Source: Tubiluchus corallicola (Eukaryota; Animalia; Priapulida). Taken from it: a stretch of DNA of 64,000 bases. The notes under the pieces were generated by a model. The model saw only the letters and a list, made by a program, of their open reading frames with translations, made no database searches and had not been told where the DNA came from. Position 1 is the first letter of the stretch. The number at the start of each line of letters is the position of its first letter. The position numbers and the translations under genes are program-made. The stretch lies in the NCBI GenBank assembly GCA_030141605.1, contig JAQGDQ010000104.1:434001-498000 (forward strand), written 5' to 3'. Below are positions 40,687 through 64,000 of this stretch, in pieces.

Positions 40687-42033
40687 ATGGAGGTGATGAT
40701 ACGTGTTTTGCTTGTTGTGCCTCTGCTTGACATTATTTGTCTGCTGGCACAACCAATAAACTGGAATGAGTGTGGAAAGACTAAGGGGTGTTTTTTTAGC
40801 CCAAAAACCTGTAATTCCGAAACCTCCTGCAAATACCTACTCACCTATCAAGAGATTGGATCTCGCATCAGCTTTGAGATGAGTGGCATTGTTGATTTTC
40901 CATTACAAAGCACTTATGTTGCCGTTGCCTTCTCGGACGACAAACTAATGGACAAGGACAGTGTCATTGAATGTGTTCACAACATTAGTACTGGTAAAGT
41001 GAATGTATTTCCATCGTACGATACACTGAACAAAGAAAACAGTCGCATTAATATATCGCTGGTAGATGCAGGGCTTATTCTGCTGAACTCAGTTTACAGT
41101 AACAGCATTATCCGCTGCCGTTTCACTCGCGAGAAAGTAGTTGATCATGAGCTTATCTATGATCTTAACAAGGAATGGTATCTGCAAATGGCCAATGGCC
41201 TTGCATCATCATCAAATATAGGCATACATTTGCTTGACCCTTTGCCAGTTGTGTCAGATGACCGCGTCAGCGTTTTGGGTTTTGGAATTAGCGAAGCGAC
41301 AACTAGCTCTCGTGCAATGGCTGTCACACACGGTTGTCTGATGGTTATTGCTTGGGTATTCTTTGTGTCGCTTGGAACATTTACAGCACTATACTACAAG
41401 GAGGGCTGGGAAGAGAAAGCGCTTGACTTAGCAGTAAGACTTCAGGTTCACCGCAGATGTATGGAAATTGCTTGGACGTGTTCCCTTTGTGCAACCATTC
41501 TCATCATTATCAAAGTTTCTGGGTGGGTGACTATACAAGGCGATTCATTCTCTCACTCTGTTGTAGGCATAATTGCCAGCTGTTTGGGCTTTTTACAGCC
41601 ATTCATTGTCTGCCGGTGTCGGCCTGGTTCTGAAGATCACCCCTGGTTTAATTGGATACACAGGAGTATTGGTGCCATGGCTCATATTTTTGCTGTTACA
41701 GCCATCTTTCTAGCTTTTGGGTTCATGTACAATAGGAATGCGTTGCCTTTTTACATGTTTTACATCATGGGTGCTTATGTTGTATGGCAGTTGTTGAGTG
41801 AAATCGTCCGAGACACTCATGCATACTGCATCGCCAAGAAATGTAACAGATCAGCAAATATTACTTTGCAACCAGCGAACCAAGAAGCATTTACCGTAGC
41901 CGAAGATACGCCAAGATATTCAAAGGATTTTGGATTTCAGACACTTCTGCTGCTGTTCTACGCAATTGTTCTTCTTGCACTTACCATTGCCATCATTGTT
42001 CTACTTATTTTGAAGTGGGGAAAAACTTACTAG
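40687..42033 (+). CDS. ferric-chelate reductase 1-like (DOMON + cytochrome b561), no Reeler domain, intronless CDS, 448 aa
   Basis: Signal-like N-terminus and a CGKTKGCF..P..C.....C linker. DOMON domain with FEMSG, YVAVAFSDDKLM, IRCRFTR and a His in IGIH. The four b561 heme histidines are THGCLMVIAW, QVHR, SHSVVG and WIHRSIG; C-terminal TM helices follow. An acceptor TTTTTAG at 40641 implies upstream 5'UTR exon(s). Confidence 0.9.
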   Translation: MEVMIRVLLVVPLLDIICLLAQPINWNECGKTKGCFFSPKTCNSETSCKYLLTYQEIGSRISFEMSGIVDFPLQSTYVAVAFSDDKLMDKDSVIECVHNISTGKVNVFPSYDTLNKENSRINISLVDAGLILLNSVYSNSIIRCRFTREKVVDHELIYDLNKEWYLQMANGLASSSNIGIHLLDPLPVVSDDRVSVLGFGISEATTSSRAMAVTHGCLMVIAWVFFVSLGTFTALYYKEGWEEKALDLAVRLQVHRRCMEIAWTCSLCATILIIIKVSGWVTIQGDSFSHSVVGIIASCLGFLQPFIVCRCRPGSEDHPWFNWIHRSIGAMAHIFAVTAIFLAFGFMYNRNALPFYMFYIMGAYVVWQLLSEIVRDTHAYCIAKKCNRSANITLQPANQEAFTVAEDTPRYSKDFGFQTLLLLFYAIVLLALTIAIIVLLILKWGKTY

Positions 42034-42407
42034 TCTACAAGTAGATGTTGGTTATCTAGTTAGAATGTATCATGTATCATTGTGATTTAAATAAGCATTG
42101 TTTAATTTGATTTTATAAGAATATGTATGTTAGGTGGTAAGCCTTATAAGTGCAACAGATGTTGTATATACGAAAGAAATGACTTCTAATGAGTGCTGTA
42201 CCATTTTGTCTGGCATGCAAAAACTTGCGTAGCAGAGAGGTCTTATAGAAGTGACGAATATAATAAAAGTCTAGGCTGTCTTGTCACATATACAATGAAA
42301 GAAGCTCGTAAATACTAAGTGTAGCACTTAACTGGTTTTATTGTACATTGTCAATGCAAAAAAGGAACCATGTAAGTCTGATAAATTTTCTAATAATGTT
42401 TCATTAC

Positions 42408-42625
42408 CTCAGATACACTTGTCAAACATGAGGGGATATATACAAACAAAAACCTTTGAACTCACTACAAATTTGATATAATATGTAATAGATGTTTTGC
42501 CACTTCATGCTTTCTTGTTATGCATTTAAAAACTTACACAGGTGCAAAACCTTTTGAATGTAACGTGTATAAGAAATACTTTGTATTTTAAGCTATGTTA
42601 CACATGGATCAAAAACTCTTCACCT
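42408..42625 (+). pseudogene. decayed C2H2 zinc-finger array fragment
   Basis: Translates ICNRCFATSCFLVMHLKTYTGAKPFECNVYKKYFVF*, i.e. a TGEKP-type linker with lost His/Cys residues and a stop. A preceding remnant reads SDTLVKHEGIYT. Confidence 0.65.
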
Positions 42626-42839
42626 GATTACTATCAGAATTACAAGTAGAAAAATGTGAGGCATGTAGCGATTAATATTATGCAGTTTCTGTGTAAAAAC
42701 ATCTCAAAGAAAGGCCACCGCCTTTTACCTGTCAAGTTCTTGGTTATTTCTCTGGTTTTTGGCAGTCTCATCACACCTGATTAGGTGGTGGAATATAACA
42801 ATTCAGATCAATTCAGAATAAAGGCTGTTAATAAAGATG

Positions 42840-43620
42840 TGCCCAGCTCGAACTAGCTGTGATTCGAATCTGATGTTTACTGCAGTGACAAAATGCGCAT
42901 TATTTGAATATCTTGCTTCTTGTCCAATAAGAAATTTTTTAAATTTATTTGTTATGGAGATGAATGGAATTACTGCTGTCGAATGTGTCTTGACGTCCTG
43001 TCTTGAAAAAAGGTGGAAAAGGGCTTATCGTGAGTGGGAAATTTTTTTATGTGAATGGGTGTTTTTCAAGCCAGAGGTCGTAAATTGGGCAGACAAATGG
43101 CAACTGAAAATCATCACACACAAGTGCGCAGTAATTATTGGTCATCAAAACCCACATTACCAGTATCTTTTATGCAATAGTAGATTAGCAGAAAATGTTG
43201 ACTGTCGTGAATTGGGTGTTACAATTTATTTTAATTTGAAGTTCGGAAAGTACTGCAGCGAACATTATAAAATTATAAACTTGTTTTTTTTATGTTTTTA
43301 AACTAAAAATACCTTAGCTTTGATCACGGCCTGTAAGTCGTATGTCCGACTATTGCTTGAATATAATACGCCTGTATAAAATCCTCATGAAAAAACTTTA
43401 ATTGATGTTATTAAACAAATTCAAAAATATTTAAATTGAATAAAAATTATTGTAGGTTGAATATAGTTAAGCTTTTCTTTTCTGATACAGTTGTTTAAAT
43501 TTGGAACTCTACCACAAGAAATTGTAGATGATAACTCTGTAAAAGTATTTCATTCAAACTAAAAAAATTAAAATGAACTATTGCAAATTTAGTTGCAACT
43601 AATAGTTTTAAGGCGCCTGT
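42840..43620 (+). mobile_element. decayed CR1-group LINE 3' fragment
   Basis: Remnants NWADKWQLKI..KCAVI, RELGVTI..NLKFGKYC and YVRLLLEYNTPV, with stops. Confidence 0.7.
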
Positions 43621-44109
43621 AAGAGCTTCTAGCCTTGCCGCTCCATTCAACTATCTGTTAATTTACATATACGATTACGATTTTATTTTTGTGCAGTGTT
43701 TTTTCTGTAATTTTATTTTTGTGTTGAAGGAATAAATACAAAATACTTTTAAGCGTATTTGCTGCTAAATGAAGAGAGACCATATTGTACGCGTGTGTAA
43801 CTCCTAAGCGCGATTTAATCATCGAATTGATAGGGACTTTTTGGTAGCCGGTAAATACACATTCACAACTCAAATATATATATATATATTTAGATTGTGT
43901 ACGATGACCGTTTCCGTTGCAATTCGTCATCCTCCATTAAAATTAGTTGTGCTTGGTAGTAAATGTTACTTTACTGTTTGTGAATTGTAAAGCGCTCTCA
44001 GACCTGCCAACCGTTTCATGCAAAAGTGAGAGTGAAATGTTGGAAAATAATAAAGTTAGATGACACCTAAATCTAAACAAAACAATACAATTAATCAGTA
44101 ATTATGATT

Positions 44110-45920
44110 ATTATATATATTTTCAAATAGGGGCCTTATTGACAGGGGAATTTGACCAAGGTTAGTGAGTAAAGTTAAAAAAAACTGAGAGTATGGAGAG
44201 ATAAATAAGTATCAAAAAAGTGTAATATAGAAAATTTAAGAGAAAAAGTAAGTATAAGAAAGAGCAACAATTACTTAGGAGATGAGAAGAAAAAAAAAAC
44301 TTGCTAGCTTGCTTATTAGTCTTACAAGTTATGTATTACAGGTATATTCATTTAGTAAGAATTTTGTGTATTTTTTGGAAGCAGAAAATAAGCTACCTCC
44401 AAAGGTATCTTTTGGCAACGAGTTCCATAATTTAACTCCTCGTGATTTTAAGCTATTGAAACCATGTCGGGTAAAAAATCTCTCCACAAAATACTGTTCA
44501 TTAGAAGCAGCTCTTGTGGAGTAGGAATGTATATCAGAAACATTAGTGAAATATTCACTAAAAAGTTCGGGTAATAAACCAGCATTGAATTTATACATAA
44601 ATTTGAACAACTCAAGATTGTAAATATCTCTTACTTTTAAAATTTGTAATTTTGCGAACGATGGTGTAGCATGATCATATTTGCGAGCAAAAGTTATTAA
44701 TTTTACTATTTTGTTTTGTTGTGTCTGTATTAATTTTTGAATTGATGCAAAAGCCGTACCCCATGTTAAGATGGAATATTGTAAATAAGGGAAAACTAAC
44801 GAATTATATAGAAGTTTCAGAATATATTGGTCAACGTGGTGCCTTACTTTTAAAATTATTCCGGTAATTCGACTTAATTTGTATGTTATGTGTTTTATAT
44901 GTGGTTCCCATGTTAATTTATTATCAATGAGTAGGCCCAAGTATTTGATGTTGTCTGTTTCTTCAATTTTGTGTTTGTTTATTATAATATGAAATTTTGG
45001 ATTATTAGCATTGTTAATTTGCTTATTGTTGATTATCATAAATTTGGTTTTTTTGTAGTTAATTGATAGCTGGTTTGCCCTCATCCACAGGTCTATTTTT
45101 TTCATTTCGTCATTAACAGATTTTTGCAGATTATTTATATTGGAGTCAGACATGAACAAATTAGTGTCATCGGCAAATATTCGGGTTCGAAAGTTGCTGC
45201 ATGTGGGAAGATCGTTAATATAAATTAAGAATAGAAGAGGTCCTAAATTAGAGCCTTGTGGCACTCCACACGATATGTGTTTATAGTCTGATGATACATT
45301 GTTAATAGATATGAATTGTTTTCTGTTAGTTAGATATGACTGAATTAGTTGCAAAGGTAGACCTCTGATGCCATAATGGTTTAATTTGGCTATTAGTATA
45401 CTATGCTGTACGGTATCAAAAGCTTTTGATAAGTCTAAAAATATTCCGCAATTCAGTAATTTTTTGTCAGTATCTAGAGAGATCGTGTCTATTAATTCGG
45501 ATACAGCAAGGGCAGTTGAATAATTTTTTCTGAAACCAAACTGGTATTTACTTAGGATATTACTTTTCACAACAAACTGGTATAATCTCTTGTAAATTAG
45601 CCTCTCAAAAACTTTTGATACTGGTGATAAGAGAGATATTGGTCTGTAATTGCCAGGTTCATGTGGAGAGCCAGTTTTATATAAAGGAATAACTTTTGCT
45701 ATTTTTAATATATTTGGAAAAGTTCCAGCATTAACCGATTTATTAAACAGTAATGTGAGTATTGGTGAAATAATTTGACTTGCAGATTTAAAAAAAGATA
45801 TTGGTATATTTTGTGGTCCTGGTGATTTGTTTGAATTAAGTGTGTTTAAAAGTGTGCATGTTTCATTTTCAGTAATAGGATTAATGAAAAAAGAATTTCA
45901 GTTCACTTTGTCATTATGTG
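44110..45920 (-). mobile_element. 5'-truncated non-LTR retrotransposon (CR1/L2 group) with uninterrupted RT frame
   Basis: Open frame from ~45897 to the stop at 44329: NYRPISLL, QFGFRKNYST, GIFLDLSKAFDTV, GVPQGSNLGPLLFLIYINDL, IFADDT, IKYLGLLID, GVKLWNSLP. No endonuclease domain; flanked by (TA)n. Confidence 0.93.
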
Positions 45921-46953
45921 TCATATATATATATATATGTCATAGAAATACGTTCTTTTGTATACAGGAAACAGCTCAATAGCAGCTAAAAATATTTTTC
46001 ATCAAGGAATGCTATTGAGTAATGTTCAAAATGCAGTAATGCACAAAAAGCTATTAATTGTGTCTTGATTGGTGATGATGGCATAGGAAGTCGGGTGGTT
46101 TTACAAACTTGAGTGTGAAGTTGTGGAGTGTGCGACACTTGGAATTTGACATGTGTTTGCTGTACATGTGAAAGACTTAAAATGCACATGCCTAATTCCT
46201 GAGAGTTTGGCAAGTCTGTGCTCTGTGACATGGTGGTGTACTGCACAATACATAGATAAAATAGTTCTAAGCTTAATTGCAAGTAAAATAAAGACATTAT
46301 CAATAAGAGGATTTCTTGAAGTAGCAGGAGTAAACTGATTGTGCCGTCTATACCTTCAACAGCTGCGGTGGTAAAGTACTGGTAAAGAACTGATAATTTT
46401 AGTTCAGCTAAATCCACTTTAATCATTTCGTGACACTACGTGTGCCCTCTCTATGCCCAAACTTTGCCATATTCCGCCTCGTGGTACATGGTGCTGCTGC
46501 AATGACAAGGTTCTATTGGCACTAGAGCACATGGTGAGGCAATGCAGTGGAGGAGTACATAAGACGAAGCCAGAACTATCGAGTTGAGGTTTGCCTGTAT
46601 GGGAACAAGGAGGCAGTACATAGCACCGCAGTACACAGGGATGTAAAGCAAGTGCGAACATTCCACGTAGTATTTCATTTCGAAGACTGATGAATAATAA
46701 GTGTTCATTATGTAGCCCTGACTTGCAAATTTTAACAGCGAGTGAAAACAGTTGCTAAAAGAGGACACAAACTGCAAAAAAAATTGAAGAGGCTAACGAG
46801 CAGGTGTTGAAAAAACTGAATTGCGGTGTGAAAATTTTAACTTTTATCTGCAAAATTGGCTGGTGGCAGCAAGTTGTTTTACTTGCTGTTCATTTCTCTC
46901 TACTTTGACGCAAGGTGCTAGTCTGACGTGCCAGAATTAAAGGACAATCTTAA

Positions 46954-47673
46954 CCCTTAGCCGACCAATGGATTTTTATATTACAATACAGACCAAGAAG
47001 GTTAAAAAACTACCCAAGAAAATTTTGCTTAATATGTGTTACTAACTGGACAGAATGACCAACTGGTAATTGAGGTGCACCTATTAGTGTACAAAACCAA
47101 GTTCTGTGGCAAGTTGGCATAGATATATGAGGGCACCAGCAATAAGAAGTGGCTTTGACTTCACTTGCTGGATCTAATAAAGCTTTATCTTCATCAGGTT
47201 CAAGCTTAGTTACCTGTACAGCTAAAGTTCCCGCTATATTACTAAATAAAGAATGTTCACAAACTTTAATATGAAATTTCCTTTGCCGATCATTAGAAAA
47301 ATCTCTTTGTAAAACTGTAGGCCGAATTGGAGTTTGCAGTACTTCTCGGTTTTAAAAGTAAACACATGGTGCTGCCAGAAAGAAAAATACTGCAAAGTAA
47401 ATTCCAAAATTTTGCCTACATAAAAGACCAAGTGGGTAATAAGCTACCCACATAAGGTACTATCTGGCACTCGTGCTTTGTAAAAAAGTGTGAATAATAC
47501 TTTTCAACAAAACCAAAGTATGAATAATACTTTTCAACAAAACCAAGGCATAACAAATCGAAAAATATTTAATCACTACTAGTTTGAAAAATTTTCATTG
47601 TGTGCTTCAATATAAAAAAATGTGAGCAAACATTCCGAGTGTAATTTTTTACCCCGCCTTGGTCTGCTAAGGG
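46954..47673. mobile_element. piggyBac-like MITE
   Basis: TTAA|CCCTTAGCCGACC ... GGTCTGCTAAGGG|TTAA: CCC/GGG termini with a TTAA target duplication. Confidence 0.85.
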
Positions 47674-47984
47674 TTAAACCTGATGCAACAGGTTTAATTT
47701 TTTCCGCTTATATTTGGTCTTTTTCATTATTTTCAGACATTTTATAGTTTTCTCCTAGTGACATTTTGACTGATTGTCTGTTGAGTTGATTGTTCAAAAA
47801 TATTTATTGCAAAGGAGCATGGGCCATCTTTCACAATTTTCAAAATAAGTAATTTTGCTCGTTTATAAAACTTTTATTTAGTAATACCGCGAGGGATATA
47901 TTATATCTAATTTGTCCCATCAAATTTACCTGATAAATATATATGAAAAGACACTAAATTAGAAAGTCTAAAAAATTTTCTACA

Positions 47985-48246
47985 CTTCTTTTGGGATTTG
48001 AACCCAGTCCTTCTGCTTTCCGGATCACTAACCTAACCGCTACACCACAGAGACACTCTTACTTGAGAATTTACTGTACAAGCTACTAGTGATCTATCAG
48101 TGTGGAATCACAGTCGTCACTGTATCGAGACATTACATAATCAATCCTTAAATACACGAAAGTAATACTAAATTGGAAAGACTAAAAATTGTTTGCACTT
48201 CTGCTCGGATTTTAACCCAGTCCTTCTGCTTTTCGGGCAGCTATGC
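47985..48246 (-). mobile_element. two tandem tRNA-like (SINE-head) segments
   Basis: Minus strand GTCTCTGTGGTGTAGCGGTTAG...GGACTGGGTTCAAATCCC has A/B boxes but no proper anticodon/acceptor stems. A second degenerate copy lies at ~48205-48246. Confidence 0.55.
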
Positions 48247-48394
48247 TAAAGGACAATCTTGAAGGGCATATGGTAATTGGTCTTTTATATATCTTTAGTT
48301 TTGTAAAAAAATAATGTATTATTATTATTCTAGCCATACAGATCATGTCACGCTGTTATATTGTTGACGGATTTGGCTGTTAAGAACAGTAAGC

Positions 48395-63862
<15,468 letters not shown>

Positions 63863-64000
63863 GTAAAATCCAGTCAAGCTTGTGCTAAATAACAATTATT
63901 CAAATTATCACAATACTGGTGCACTTTGATGATACAAGTATCATCACAAAAGATATCATGATGCTTCGATGCATCATGCTTGGCACAAATATAACAAGTT

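Noticed and set aside
45986-46777. Cluster of overlapping minus-strand ORFs (80-146 aa) in a GC-richer patch
   Set aside because: No recognisable domain or coherent splice model on either strand; possibly an old decayed element.
47985-48054. Functional tRNA gene
   Set aside because: A/B boxes are present, but the acceptor and anticodon stems do not pair properly; treated as SINE-like.

Overview
AT-rich, intron-rich genomic DNA from an invertebrate animal. The 5S rRNA-type sequence looks lophotrochozoan/spiralian, which is an inference. Five protein-coding genes could be assembled by hand with phase-consistent splice sites: (1) O-GlcNAcase (OGA/MGEA5), + strand, 15 exons, 3291-19278, ~890 aa. 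(2) A FAAP100-like Fanconi core-complex gene, + strand, ~22280-26627. (3) An unrecognised 5-exon secreted Cys-containing protein with a very basic tail, - strand, 33266-27827, 341 aa. (4) An intronless DOMON + cytochrome b561 ferric-chelate-reductase-like CDS, 40687-42033. (5) RECQL (RecQ1) helicase, + strand, from 48395, running off the window end. Introns and intergenic DNA carry many MITEs (hAT, pogo/Tigger, Kolobok/piggyBac-type ends), LINE fragments (one with a long open RT frame), tRNA- and 5S-derived SINE-like elements, microsatellites and a 132-bp tandem array. The most unusual signals cluster in OGA introns 8-10. They include a hidden, codon-structured 45-nt (15-aa) amphipathic repeat ORF that could be an alternative terminal exon replacing the pseudo-HAT domain, a symmetric 57-nt cassette exon and a poison-exon candidate. 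A 5S rRNA-headed, RTE-tailed SINE nested in a RECQL intron is also notable. All calls are from manual reading; no database searches were run.
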